A stretch of DNA of 64,000 nucleotides from Candidatus Micrarchaeia archaeon (GCA_041663445.1 JBAYMR010000005.1:996-64995); one strand, 5' to 3'; positions 51,627 through 60,946 are shown, numbered from the stretch's first letter. Notes: generated by a model from the letters alone, not told the origin. A program made the numbers and translations.

Positions 51627-52394
51627 TCAGCGGATGTAGGAAAGGTCGTGCTTGTGCGGCTCGGCCTGGGGCGCCATTCCCTTCGCCGCGAGGGCTTCCT
51701 TTTCCATCTTCTTCGCGAACGCCTCGCTTTCGCGCGCGCGCTGGTCAAGCTTCTTCAGGTCCAGCTTGATGTCGAGTATCTTGCAGAGCACTTCGAGCTG
51801 CGCCTGCGCGCTCTTCGGGTCCACGAAGCTGCCGTGCGTCTCGCCCATGAGGCAGATGCCCTGCATGCCGCGTATCTTGCCCAAGCCGAGCAGCAGGCCT
51901 GCCGCGCCGATTATGGAGCCGCGGCACTCGCCGAAAATCACGCCGTATTTTTTGTATGGCTCCACCATCTTCTTGTGGCTGGCTATCCCGAACACGCGCG
52001 GCTTGTCATGCACTTTTCCCGTGCCATAGCCGCCGAGCGTGATTATGAGCTTGACGCCTTTTTTCTGGCAGTAGTCCAGCATCTTGCCCGTCGCCTCGTA
52101 CTGCGCCTCGGACGTGACGGCCTGGACGTCGCCCGCAAGGATAAGGAGGTCGTGCTTCTTCCCCTTCACGACGTAGAATCGGTTCTTTATCATGCGCATT
52201 ACGCCGTTCTTCTGCATGATTACCTGGTGCGGGAAGTGCGGCGAGTAAAGCTCCGCCACCTTCTCGGCCTTCAGCTCGGCAATCATGTGCGCGGCGGCGA
52301 TTTTCCCCACCAGGCCGATGCCCGGCAGGCCCTCAATCAGGATGGGGTCGCGCAGCTTCACCTTGCCTTTCTCCACGATGGTTGTTTCAATCAT
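51627..52394 (-). CDS. proteasome assembly chaperone (PAC2) family protein
   Basis: LIEGLPGIGLVGKIAAAHMI motif. Conserved position after nop10. Confidence 0.8.
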   Translation of the reverse strand: MIETTIVEKGKVKLRDPILIEGLPGIGLVGKIAAAHMIAELKAEKVAELYSPHFPHQVIMQKNGVMRMIKNRFYVVKGKKHDLLILAGDVQAVTSEAQYEATGKMLDYCQKKGVKLIITLGGYGTGKVHDKPRVFGIASHKKMVEPYKKYGVIFGECRGSIIGAAGLLLGLGKIRGMQGICLMGETHGSFVDPKSAQAQLEVLCKILDIKLDLKKLDQRARESEAFAKKMEKEALAAKGMAPQAEPHKHDLSYIR

Positions 52395-52398
52395 GCAA

Positions 52399-52551
52399 TC
52401 AGTTCCCTTCCTGGAAATTCATGCGGCGGTATGCGGCGTATTTGTCCTCTATCGAGAATTTTGGCGGGTGCGGGCTGCTTGTGGGCACGCCGCAGTGCAG
52501 CGCATCGAGCGTGTAGGCCTTGCAGATTCCGCACTTCCTCATCCGCTTCAT
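52399..52551 (-). CDS. nop10: H/ACA RNP protein Nop10
   Basis: Not in the track (50 aa). Hand translation: MKRMRKCGICKAYTLDALHCGVPTSSPHPPKFSIEDKYAAYRRMNFQEGN. Sits in the expected position between eif2a and PAC2. Confidence 0.8.
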   Translation of the reverse strand: MKRMRKCGICKAYTLDALHCGVPTSSPHPPKFSIEDKYAAYRRMNFQEGN

Positions 52552-52654
52552 TTTTCGCCTCTTGACTGCGTCTAATTTGAGTGAGGGGTTTAAATAGGCT
52601 GCTCATTTCGTGCAGCGGGAAAAAATGCGCATTTTGCAGTGCCAGCGCCGTGCC

Positions 52655-53428
52655 TTAAGCTTCAATCTTCGCGAATTCAAGCGAGGACGGGAACGGCTTT
52701 GCAGCTGCGGTAAGCATTGCGACAATGTCCTCAAGCACCTTGTCCGCAGACTTGAAGTCGTCGGCCACCACGCGTATCTGGTAGCGGGGCGCGCCAAGGT
52801 AGAGGAATTCGACATCCGCGCCCGCCGGCTTTTTTACGGAGGAGAAAATCTTGCCGATGGCTTCCACGCCGTCGGATGAGAAAACGGTGAGCGAGAGGAT
52901 GCCATTGACTTCCGCGCGCGCCTTCTTCATGCTCTTGGACGCGACTTCAAGGAGCGCCTTGCCAAGCCCCTTCTCGATTTTCAGGCCGGCTATTGCGGAT
53001 TCTCCCTGGTCGGACAGCGCCTCTATCGCATCAATCAGGCTGCCGTGCTTTTCAATGAGGGCGGAGCGCGCCGCGATTTCCTCGCCCTTCGTGGATTTTG
53101 CAATCTTGAGCGCGACCTCGAAGAGCTTGTCCGCGCGCTTCTCGCGGCGGTTGCCCTCGACCTTCGCCTTCTTCTCGCTTTCGGTGACGCGCTTGAGCGA
53201 CAGGTCAATCTGGCTTTTCTCCAGGTCAACGTGGTAGACTTTCGCGACGAGCTTCTGCCCCTCGCGCAGGAATTCGTGGATGTTCTTTATCCAGCGCGGC
53301 GCGACCTCGGAGATGTGGACGAATGATTCCTTGGCGCCGTACTCGTCAAGCGAGCAGAACGCGCCGTAGGGCATGATTTTCTTTACTGTTACCAGCACCA
53401 GTTCGTCCTGCTCGGGCATATCGGCCAT
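52655..53428 (-). CDS. eif2a: translation initiation factor 2 alpha subunit
   Basis: S1 domain (LVLVTVKKIMPYGAFCSLDEY...HISEV) plus the full aIF2-alpha architecture. Confidence 0.9.
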   Translation of the reverse strand: MADMPEQDELVLVTVKKIMPYGAFCSLDEYGAKESFVHISEVAPRWIKNIHEFLREGQKLVAKVYHVDLEKSQIDLSLKRVTESEKKAKVEGNRREKRADKLFEVALKIAKSTKGEEIAARSALIEKHGSLIDAIEALSDQGESAIAGLKIEKGLGKALLEVASKSMKKARAEVNGILSLTVFSSDGVEAIGKIFSSVKKPAGADVEFLYLGAPRYQIRVVADDFKSADKVLEDIVAMLTAAAKPFPSSLEFAKIEA

Positions 53429-53450
53429 GTTTAATCAACCTTTCAAAGAT

Positions 53451-53615
53451 TCAAAGCACTTTGAGGACTTTGCAGCCTTCGGCGACCTCGACGCGCGAGC
53501 CAGACGGCCTGGCAAGGACTTCGTTGCACACCAGGCAGGAGACCGCGGTTGCGGCATTGCCGAAAACGTTCTGCTCGTTCCCGCACTTGCATTTTACCCT
53601 TAGGAATTTGCTCAT
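53451..53615 (-). CDS. rps27e: 30S ribosomal protein S27e
   Basis: Not in the track (54 aa). Hand translation: [54 protein letters not shown]. Has the C4 zinc ribbon. Confidence 0.85.
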   Translation of the reverse strand: MSKFLRVKCKCGNEQNVFGNAATAVSCLVCNEVLARPSGSRVEVAEGCKVLKVL

Positions 53616-53624
53616 CAAAACACC

Positions 53625-53903
53625 TTAGTTGAATTCGAGTTTCTTCTTCGTGCGCGTGCCAATCACGCGTTCCTGCTTCTTCTTGCACACCGAGCATTCA
53701 AGCGTTATCTTCTGGCGCTTGCCCTGCTTCTTCACGGTCTTTTCTCCCGCGCGCTTTCCGCCGTGGCCGAACAGGCTGGCTTCGTGCTTGCGGTTGCCGA
53801 TTGCCATCGGGCGCGCCTTGCCCTTCCCTGCAAGCTTCGCCTTGTGCGGCGTGTGCTTGCGGCATTTGGGGCAGTATGCATTCACTTCCTTCGGATACTT
53901 CAT
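53625..53903 (-). CDS. rpl44e: 50S ribosomal protein L44e
   Basis: MKYPKEVNAYCPKCRKHTPHK...CSVCKKK zinc-ribbon L44e sequence. The track start at 53936 is probably too far upstream. Confidence 0.85.
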   Translation of the reverse strand: MKYPKEVNAYCPKCRKHTPHKAKLAGKGKARPMAIGNRKHEASLFGHGGKRAGEKTVKKQGKRQKITLECSVCKKKQERVIGTRTKKKLEFN

Positions 53904-53936
53904 GGTAACACCTGTCGTTCGTGGCCTTGACGCCAC

Positions 53937-54512
53937 CTATATCGTTTCCGCGATTTTCTGGCGCAAGAGAAGCTCAGCCTCCTGCGAGGGCATGTCGGAT
54001 TCCTGCCCGGCCTTGAAGGGGCCGAACCTTTCCCTGTTCATGCCGACGTATTCCTGCACTTCCTTCGTGAACCTCACGCGCTGGACATCTGGCTTTTCCG
54101 GCGCGGCGGCGGCTTTCTGCCCGTCGCCGGCATTCTCCTTTTTCCTGGACTCGAAGCGGGAAAGCAGGGAATCCAGCTTCCCGTTCTCCTCCTGCACGAT
54201 GCCCCGGAAGCGGTCGTACACGTCGTACTCCTCCCGCGTCATTTCCTCCACCTTGGCATCCTGCCCGCCGCTCCGAATCACGCGGAACAGCAGCTTCTGC
54301 TGCCGTATGAGCACGATTTCGCGGATTGTTGCAGCCGCGTTCTCGAACTCGCGCATCTGGAGCACGGAGCGGTTGGACTCCATCTCCGAGAATTTCGAAG
54401 ACAGGAATGCCTGCACAGACGGATAGAAATCATCGGGGAGCTTCCCAAGCCCTGGCTGCGCCTTCTCTTCCCGCGCAAAATCGCGCAGGCTCTTGTAGGT
54501 CAAATCAGCCAT
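53937..54512 (-). CDS. GINS subunit (Gins51/Psf-like)
   Basis: YKSLRDFAREEK...LPDDFY...IREIVLIRQQKLL follows the archaeal GINS A-domain pattern. This is a moderate call. Confidence 0.55.
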   Translation of the reverse strand: MADLTYKSLRDFAREEKAQPGLGKLPDDFYPSVQAFLSSKFSEMESNRSVLQMREFENAAATIREIVLIRQQKLLFRVIRSGGQDAKVEEMTREEYDVYDRFRGIVQEENGKLDSLLSRFESRKKENAGDGQKAAAAPEKPDVQRVRFTKEVQEYVGMNRERFGPFKAGQESDMPSQEAELLLRQKIAETI

Positions 54513-54578
54513 GCTCGCATCCCGTTGCAGTTGCAGCCGTCTAGGGAGGCTGCGCTACAGTTCCAGTTCAAAAGGTAT

Positions 54579-54939
54579 AAAAAACAACCTCTTGTGTTGT
54601 TTTTTAGATTTGGAAGTGGAGGCGCACTTCCAAACAGAGGACAAATTTCCAGAGAAATTTGTCCGCATATGGAAATCCGATAGGATTTACATATACAATG
54701 AAAAACTTCCAGAGAAGTTTTTCAGCAGTGGAATTATAGAAATTCCACTACAATAAAAACCAGAGCGTAGCGATGGTTTTTAGAAGCCGGGCGAAGTTCA
54801 GCCGTGATGCCCCCACGCATGAGGCGCGGTTTTTTAGCATTGGAACGGGTGGATTCCATTCCAACCGGAAAAATGCGCGCCAACGCGCATTTTATAAACA
54901 ATTGGGGTCATTAAAAGCCAGCTCTATTCTGAGCTTGGC
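54579..54939. repeat. array of about ten consecutive, sequence-diverse, near-perfect hairpins in an AT-rich intergenic region
   Basis: Stems are 9-12 bp and loops 4-7 nt, except one 11-nt loop. Hairpin spans: 54579-605, 54609-634, 54639-664, 54667-694, 54699-724, 54727-749, 54754-782, 54813-829, 54840-864, 54870-893, 54917-939. Confidence 0.8.
54891..54898 (+). promoter_or_regulatory. TATA box (TTTATAAA) upstream of aIF5A
   Basis: Lies about 60 nt upstream of the TTG start at 54957. The GGTGAT Shine-Dalgarno-like site is at 54948-54953. Confidence 0.4.
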
Positions 54940-54956
54940 ATTGGAAAGGTGATTTC

Positions 54957-55346
54957 TTGAGCAAGATATTCTCATCAGCAAAGGAACTGAAGGAAGGAAA
55001 GTACGTCATAATAGAGGACATCCCTTGCAGGATTGTCAACATAGACTCGTCAAAGCCCGGGAAGCACGGCGCCGCGAAGATGCGCGTGACCGGCATCGGC
55101 GTGTTCGACAGCCAGAAAAAGATGCTTCTCGTCCCGTCCGACGCAGACGTGGAAGTGCCAATCATCGAGAGGCAGACAGCGCAGGTGGTGGCAGTGAACG
55201 GCAACACCGCGCAGCTCATGGACACCACGACTTACGAGGTGTTCGAGCTCTCCATCCCGGAGGAGATAATGAAGGACGCTGCAGCCGGGAAAGAGGCGGA
55301 CCTCATGTGCGCCATGGACCGCAAGGTAATTACAAGAATACACTAA
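54957..55346 (+). CDS. eif5a: translation initiation factor 5A
   Basis: The hypusine loop STSKPGKHG is present as DSSKPGKHGAAK. 129 aa. TTG start preceded by AGGTGAT. Confidence 0.9.
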   Translation: MSKIFSSAKELKEGKYVIIEDIPCRIVNIDSSKPGKHGAAKMRVTGIGVFDSQKKMLLVPSDADVEVPIIERQTAQVVAVNGNTAQLMDTTTYEVFELSIPEEIMKDAAAGKEADLMCAMDRKVITRIH

Positions 55347-55357
55347 GGGTTGATTGC

Positions 55358-55678
55358 ATGCAGGTAAACGTGAAGGACAAGAAGGAAAACAAGTCGCTCT
55401 CAAGGCAGGAAATCACCTGCGAGATATCGTTCGAGAAGGCAATGCCTTCGAGAAAGGATCTCCGCGAGGCAATATGCACGGCAACGGGCATCGCGCCCGA
55501 GCTGCTGGTCATCGTTTCCTCGAAAGGGAGCTTTGGGCAGAAGTGCGGGACAGTGCTCGCGCACGCATATGCCAGCAAGGAAGCGCTTGCCGTCGAGAAG
55601 AAACACCTGCTTGTGCGCGACGGGCTGATGGAGAAGAAAAAGAAAGAGGGCAAGAAAGCCGCGGCAAAGAAAAAGTAA
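55358..55678 (+). CDS. rps24e: 30S ribosomal protein S24e
   Basis: MQVNVKDKKENKSLSRQEITCEISF... is typical S24e sequence with a Lys-rich tail. It is the in-frame internal part of track ORF 55025-55678. Confidence 0.85.
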   Translation: MQVNVKDKKENKSLSRQEITCEISFEKAMPSRKDLREAICTATGIAPELLVIVSSKGSFGQKCGTVLAHAYASKEALAVEKKHLLVRDGLMEKKKKEGKKAAAKKK

Positions 55679-55692
55679 CGTAGGGTGAAAAT

Positions 55693-55839
55693 ATGGCTGA
55701 CGCAAAACCAAAACCTGCAAAGAAAATCAAGCCCTACAAGGCAACAAAGCCCTGCCCGAAGTGCGGCTCAAGCGTAAGGCTCGCAGAGCACAAGGACAGG
55801 CGTGCATGCGGCAAGTGCGGCTATTTCGAAAAGAAGTAG
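55693..55839 (+). CDS. rps27ae: 30S ribosomal protein S27ae
   Basis: Not in the track (48 aa). Hand translation: [48 protein letters not shown]. Has the C4 zinc ribbon. Confidence 0.8.
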   Translation: MADAKPKPAKKIKPYKATKPCPKCGSSVRLAEHKDRRACGKCGYFEKK

Positions 55840-55855
55840 CTGCGGCAACGGGGGC

Positions 55856-56515
55856 ATGAGGGAAGTGGAAAGGCTTGCTGCAGTTTCCATCCTAATCCTG
55901 CTCATCCTCTCAGTTTTTATCTTTCCCATAGGCAACGCCAGCTCAAGCGTATTTTACACCTCCATTGCGTTTGCAGCCTGCGCGCTTTTCCTCGCATCCT
56001 GGAACACTGACATTAAGCGCGGGCTCGCGTATTTGCGCCTCGCGCCAAAGTGGAAAGACGCGCCGCCCCTTGCTTGGCAGTCGCTGCTGCTTTTTGCCGC
56101 CTGCGCAATCGTGACCGTCGCCATTACGGGAATTTTCATGCTCGCAGGCGCGCTTGACACGGACAAGGTCTATGGCAAGATGGTCCTCCTTCCCTTGCCG
56201 GTGCTTGTGCTTGCATTCACGCTTGCCCCGCTGGGCGAGGAGATGTTCTTCAGGGGCTTTCTCTTCAGGAAGGCAGGCGAGTGGGCGGGCGCAAGGCTTG
56301 GGGGCGCGCCGGCATGGGCAGTGGGGGCGCTGTTTTCCTCGCTCCTGTTTTCGCTCATGCATGCGGCCTATGGCTCGCTTGCAGAGCTTGCGGTTGCGTT
56401 TGCAGTGGGCGTGGTGCTATGCATCGGCGTGAAAAGGACAGGCTCGCTCGTGCCCGCCGTGCTTGCACACGCTGCTTTTAACCTTGTCTCCGTTTTCATG
56501 GCGGTGTTCCTTTGA
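55856..56515 (+). CDS. CPBP-family intramembrane metalloprotease (CAAX protease/Abi)
   Basis: EEMFFRGFLF, FSLMHA and AHAAFN motifs. Confidence 0.85.
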   Translation: MREVERLAAVSILILLILSVFIFPIGNASSSVFYTSIAFAACALFLASWNTDIKRGLAYLRLAPKWKDAPPLAWQSLLLFAACAIVTVAITGIFMLAGALDTDKVYGKMVLLPLPVLVLAFTLAPLGEEMFFRGFLFRKAGEWAGARLGGAPAWAVGALFSSLLFSLMHAAYGSLAELAVAFAVGVVLCIGVKRTGSLVPAVLAHAAFNLVSVFMAVFL

Positions 56516-57549
56516 TTTGCCTGGGGATTGAAAGCACTGCGCACACGCTTGGTGTGGGGATTTGCGAGCTGCAAGGCGGCAAGCGAACAAGGGGCGGCGG
56601 CATCCGTGTTCTTGCAAACGAGAAAAGCATGTACAGGCCGCCCGCGGGGCAGGGCATACTGCCGCGCGCTGCAGCAGACCACCACGGCGAAAATTTTTTG
56701 CCGGTCCTTGCCAGGGCGATGGCGAGCGCGGGGATAGCGCTTCGCGACGTGGACTTGTTTTCCTTTTCGCAGGGGCCAGGCATCGGGCAGTGCCTCCGCG
56801 TGTCGTGCACCGGCGCAAAATACCTTGCCTTGAAATGCGGCAAGCCCATCGTCGGCGTGAACCACTGCGCAGCGCACCTTGAGATTTCGCGCGGGCTTCT
56901 GGGCATGCGCGACCCGCTTTATGTTTACGTGAGCGGGGCGAACACGCAGCTCATCGCAGGAAACAGCGCAGGCGCGCGGAAAGGGCGCGCGGATGGCTTG
57001 GCGCGTGGCGCCCGCGGTTATTCCGTGCTTGGCGAAACGATGGATATGGGGCTGGGCAACCTGTTCGATGTTTTCGCGCGCGAGGCGGGCTTTGCCTACC
57101 CCCATGGAAGCGAGGTCGCAAGGCTCGCCGAAAAGGGGAGATATTTCCCGCTCCCTTACACCGTGAAGGGGATGAATTTCGCATTTGCAGGCCTGCTCAC
57201 CTCGGCAGTGCGGGAAGTGGGCAGGAAAAGGGCAGAGGACATCTGCCATTCGCTCATGGAAACCGCCTTCGCGGAGATTTGCGAGGCGTCCGAGCGCGCA
57301 TTATGCCTCACCGGCAAGAAAGAGATGGCGGTGTGCGGGGGCGTGGCGCAGAATGCGCGCTTCTGCGAAATGCTTTCCATTGTCGCGTCCGAGCACGGCG
57401 CGAGGTTCGGGGTGGCGGCGCCGGAGTACAATGCAGACAACGGCGCGATGATTGCCTACCTCGGGATAGTGCAGCAGGCGCGCGGAAGGAAAAAAGGCAT
57501 AAGCTCGCTTGCGCCAAACGGGTATTGGAGGATAGACGAAGTGGCTTAG
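56512..57549 (+). CDS. kae1: tRNA N6-adenosine threonylcarbamoyltransferase Kae1
   Basis: MICLGIESTAHTLGVGI plus the full-length Kae1 pattern, with no fused Bud32 domain. The start overlaps the upstream stop by 4 nt. Confidence 0.9.
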   Translation: MICLGIESTAHTLGVGICELQGGKRTRGGGIRVLANEKSMYRPPAGQGILPRAAADHHGENFLPVLARAMASAGIALRDVDLFSFSQGPGIGQCLRVSCTGAKYLALKCGKPIVGVNHCAAHLEISRGLLGMRDPLYVYVSGANTQLIAGNSAGARKGRADGLARGARGYSVLGETMDMGLGNLFDVFAREAGFAYPHGSEVARLAEKGRYFPLPYTVKGMNFAFAGLLTSAVREVGRKRAEDICHSLMETAFAEICEASERALCLTGKKEMAVCGGVAQNARFCEMLSIVASEHGARFGVAAPEYNADNGAMIAYLGIVQQARGRKKGISSLAPNGYWRIDEVA

Positions 57550-57600
57550 GCGGAAAGTTGGATGGGAAACGCGGAAATGGCGCATGGCTGGGAGATATTG

Positions 57601-58479
57601 ATGGCAAATTTCTATGACAGGATGGAGGAGAACAGGCGCAACTCATACATCCTGGTTGCGCTTGTGTTTTGCGTGTGCCTTGCTGCGGTGTGGGGCATTT
57701 CGGTGCTGTTTTTCGGCGACAGCGGGCTCGGCTTTGCCCTGGGCGCGCTTTTCTCCGGGGGCTATGTCGCCGCCACTTATTTCGCTGCGGACGGAATGAT
57801 TCTCGGGGTGTCCGGCGCGCGCGAGGCGAAAAAGGAGGAGTTCCCCTATCTCGTCAATGTTGTCGAGGGGCTTTCCATTGCGGCGGGCGTGCCCATGCCG
57901 AAAATATATGTGATTGACGACCCTGCGCCAAATGCGTTCGCAGTCGGCACGTCGCCCGAGAAAGCGTCGGTTGCATTCACCACGGGGCTGCTTTCCATGA
58001 TGGGCCGCGCGGAGCTGGAAGGCGTTGCAGCGCATGAGCTGTCGCACATCAGGAATCTGGATTCGAGGATGGCGACCATGGCGGTTGCAATGGTTGGCTT
58101 GATTGCCATACTTTCCGACCTTGGCCTGCGCTCCATGTTCTGGGGGGGAAGGGGGAACAGCAGGGGCGGGCGGGGAGGAAGCGGGCTTGCCATTGTCGGC
58201 CTGATAATAATCATTCTCGCGCCAATAGCATCCCAGCTCGTGAGGCTGGCGCTCTCGCGCCAGAGGGAATATTTGGCAGATGCAAGCGGCGCGGAGCTCA
58301 CGCGCTACCCGGAAGGATTGGCATCCGCGCTTGGGAAGATGGAAAAATCCGGCACCATGGTGCGGAAAGCCACCGACGCCACGGCATCGCTTTATTTCGC
58401 CAATCCACTTTCCATGGGCGGCTTGCTCTCCACCCACCCGCCAATCAAGGAAAGGATAAGGCGGCTGAAGGAGATGTAG
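57601..58479 (+). CDS. htpX: HtpX-like M48 zinc metalloprotease
   Basis: HELSHIRNLD zinc motif and a 4-TM topology. Confidence 0.9.
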   Translation: MANFYDRMEENRRNSYILVALVFCVCLAAVWGISVLFFGDSGLGFALGALFSGGYVAATYFAADGMILGVSGAREAKKEEFPYLVNVVEGLSIAAGVPMPKIYVIDDPAPNAFAVGTSPEKASVAFTTGLLSMMGRAELEGVAAHELSHIRNLDSRMATMAVAMVGLIAILSDLGLRSMFWGGRGNSRGGRGGSGLAIVGLIIIILAPIASQLVRLALSRQREYLADASGAELTRYPEGLASALGKMEKSGTMVRKATDATASLYFANPLSMGGLLSTHPPIKERIRRLKEM

Positions 58480-58497
58480 CTATTTCTGCAGCAGAAG

Positions 58498-59502
58498 CTA
58501 AACCGAAGAAAAGTAGGGAAGGAAAATCGGCGCGGAGAGCAGCCTGTAAAGCTCGAACGCCGCCACCATGGAAACCGCGAGCGCGAGCAGGGGATAGATG
58601 GCAAGGTCGGCAATGGAAAGCGCAAGCGCGCGCATCGCGGAGGGGAGGAGCGGCTGCGCCTCGCCGCCAAAATCGCCGGATGAAAGCTCGTCTATTTTGT
58701 CCTTGACAGCGGATGTTTCGTCAAGCTCGAGCAGCGGGAGGGATGCGAACTTGCCATCGAACTCCGACGCAAGCTGGGAGGCCGCGGCAAGCTCCTTTTG
58801 CGTGCCGCTCACCGAGAAGGTGTAGGTGAAAAGCAGCGGATAGACGGCATACGCCGCGATTGCAATCGCCATCGCAGCTGCGCCAAGCTTGCGCGTGGCG
58901 AAAAAGGTGCGGAGCAACAGGCCGGCTGGAAGGAAGACGGCAAGCGCGGATGACTGGATGAAGCCTGCCAGCTCAAGCTCAAGGAAGGAGAGGGCTGATG
59001 AGATATAGAGCATGTTGGAGGCGCCTGAGAGCTGCTGCGAAAGAGATTGGAGCGCGAAAAAAGGCTGGGCGGACACCACGCCCAATGAAAGCTGGAGGGA
59101 GGAGGCGAACCCGGTGATGTCTGAGGCGCGGAAAAGCAGGGAGGCGAGAGAGCGCTGCGAAAGCTCGAGCGCGGCAAGATTGCAGGCAAGATAGGCGTGC
59201 GGCGATGATTGGGGGTTGGCAATTTGCGGGCAGGAAGGCGGCACGGGAATCGGAAGGGACGAGAAAGTGGCCTGCAAAAGGAGCGCAAATGACATCACGC
59301 AGCCGAGCATTGCGGCGGAGATTATGCCCTGCCCGAGTTCCTCGGCGCCAAGCAGGCGCAGCCTGCGCACGGAAAAGCCCAGCCCCACGCCGAACAATAT
59401 CCCGCCGATGAGTATGGATATGGTGGCGGCAGTTATCGCTAAGTCAAAGTTGGCAGAAGACGCGGACATGTCAAATGTCTGCTGCATAAGCTTGCAAGCC
59501 AA
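58498..59502 (-). CDS. multi-pass membrane protein, unknown function
   Basis: 334 aa with about 8 hydrophobic helices. No family recognised. Confidence 0.6.
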   Translation of the reverse strand: MACKLMQQTFDMSASSANFDLAITAATISILIGGILFGVGLGFSVRRLRLLGAEELGQGIISAAMLGCVMSFALLLQATFSSLPIPVPPSCPQIANPQSSPHAYLACNLAALELSQRSLASLLFRASDITGFASSLQLSLGVVSAQPFFALQSLSQQLSGASNMLYISSALSFLELELAGFIQSSALAVFLPAGLLLRTFFATRKLGAAAMAIAIAAYAVYPLLFTYTFSVSGTQKELAAASQLASEFDGKFASLPLLELDETSAVKDKIDELSSGDFGGEAQPLLPSAMRALALSIADLAIYPLLALAVSMVAAFELYRLLSAPIFLPYFSSV

Positions 59503-59572
59503 TCAACTGCCAGGGCTGCGTGCCGGGCAGGTCGGGCCATAAGGCGCGGCGGCATGCGTTGACTTTAGCGCC

Positions 59573-59932
59573 TTAGGAAGTGAACTTGACCACAAGAGCG
59601 CCGCCGAGCGCGGCGAGCAGTGTGTCAAGGCCGATGGTTACGAACAGCACCACTGCCACCATCAGGGTGGAGGAGACCGCATCGCCCAGCGGGTTCTTGT
59701 TGAGCAGGGCGAGTATGAGAAGGACGATGGATGACGTGAATGCGCCGAAGAACCCGGCAAGCGCGCCCACCAGCGCGCCCCGCTTTATGCCCATTGGCGC
59801 CTTGCGCAGCTTCTCAAACACTATCGCCGCAAGCGCGCCTGCGAGCAGGGGAAGCAGGCAGATTACGGGCACGAAAGTTATTGACATTAGGGGCGTGTCC
59901 GTCATGAAAAGCACTGCGGCTTCGGACGCCAT
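59573..59932 (-). CDS. small membrane protein; the N-terminus may lie upstream
   Basis: 119 aa with 3-4 TM helices. The same frame stays open for 106 further codons up to the stop of the upstream hydrolase gene. Confidence 0.5.
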   Translation of the reverse strand: MASEAAVLFMTDTPLMSITFVPVICLLPLLAGALAAIVFEKLRKAPMGIKRGALVGALAGFFGAFTSSIVLLILALLNKNPLGDAVSSTLMVAVVLFVTIGLDTLLAALGGALVVKFTS

Positions 59933-60250
59933 GAAAAAGAGGAAAAGCAGCAGTCCGCCCGCAATGGCGGCAACTAGGTGCTCTGCAACGCTCCTTATCC
60001 TGCCAGCAGGCAGGAAGGAAAGCAGGGGCTTTTCAGGCGCGGACGATTTCCGCGGCTCTGAGATGATTGGCTTTTGCTGCTCTGATGCCTTGTGAACGTC
60101 AATGGCTGGCTGCTTGTAAGATGGAACGGGCAGAATATCACCAGGCTGACTTTTGGATGCAAGGTATAAAGGCTTATCGGCAGGCAGGATGGCGATAGTA
60201 TGGCTTTGGTTGTTATGGCAGGCGGGAGTGCGGCACGGAAAACTGCGGCG

Positions 60251-60877
60251 TTACTGCGTGAGTATCCTCACGTCCGTCCTGTTGCCCGGGGTTGCATCCA
60301 CCGCCGCCTTGAACGCGAGCGGGTCTGCGCGCGTGTCGGACAGGTAGTTGTAGTGTATCGGGATTGCCACCTTCGGCTTTATGCGCGCGACGGCCTCCGC
60401 CGCCTCCTTCACATCCATGGTGTAGGTGCCGCCGATGGGAAGGAGCGCGATGTCGCAGTCAATGCCGGACATTTCAGGAATCAGGTCGGTGTCGCCTGCG
60501 AAATAGACGCGCGCGGACTTGAAGCGGATGATGAAGCCCGCCCCCTTGTCGCGCGGGTGGAATGGCTTGCCGATGTTGTAGGCGTGCACGGCCTCGATTG
60601 CCACGTGCCCCACCATTTCCTTTCCGCCGATTTCTATTATGCGGACCGGGAGCTTGCAGTTGTTGCCGATGAGGATGGTGCGCGGCGTGGTGACGGAAGG
60701 CGCTGCAACCGCGTGGTCGGTGTGCCCGTGGGAGTAGAGTATGGCGTCCGCCGCGGGGTAGCCGCGCGGAAGCACGAACGGGTCTATGTATATCCTCAGC
60801 CCGTCAGCCTCGAGCATCACGCTGGAGTGGCCGAACCATACCACGCGTACGCCTGAAAAAACCGTGCTGTTTGCCAT
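60251..60877 (-). CDS. metallo-beta-lactamase-fold hydrolase (UPF0173 type)
   Basis: HSHGHTDH motif. Start taken at MANSTVF. Confidence 0.8.
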   Translation of the reverse strand: MANSTVFSGVRVVWFGHSSVMLEADGLRIYIDPFVLPRGYPAADAILYSHGHTDHAVAAPSVTTPRTILIGNNCKLPVRIIEIGGKEMVGHVAIEAVHAYNIGKPFHPRDKGAGFIIRFKSARVYFAGDTDLIPEMSGIDCDIALLPIGGTYTMDVKEAAEAVARIKPKVAIPIHYNYLSDTRADPLAFKAAVDATPGNRTDVRILTQ

Positions 60878-60946
60878 GCGCTTAACTTGGGGGCGTGCGT
60901 TTTTATTAGTTATGAAGAGAAATGGCTCCACGGTGCTGGTGATTTG

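Noticed and set aside
54937-54946. GGCATTGGAA in the aIF5A leader matches the exon-1 end of the interrupted tRNA (18075-18084, minus strand). GCATTGGAA also occurs at 54837-54845.
   Set aside because: A 9-10-mer recurrence is only weakly improbable in 128 kb of two-strand sequence. The aIF5A copy overlaps the Shine-Dalgarno-like GGTGAT context. It is kept only as a note.
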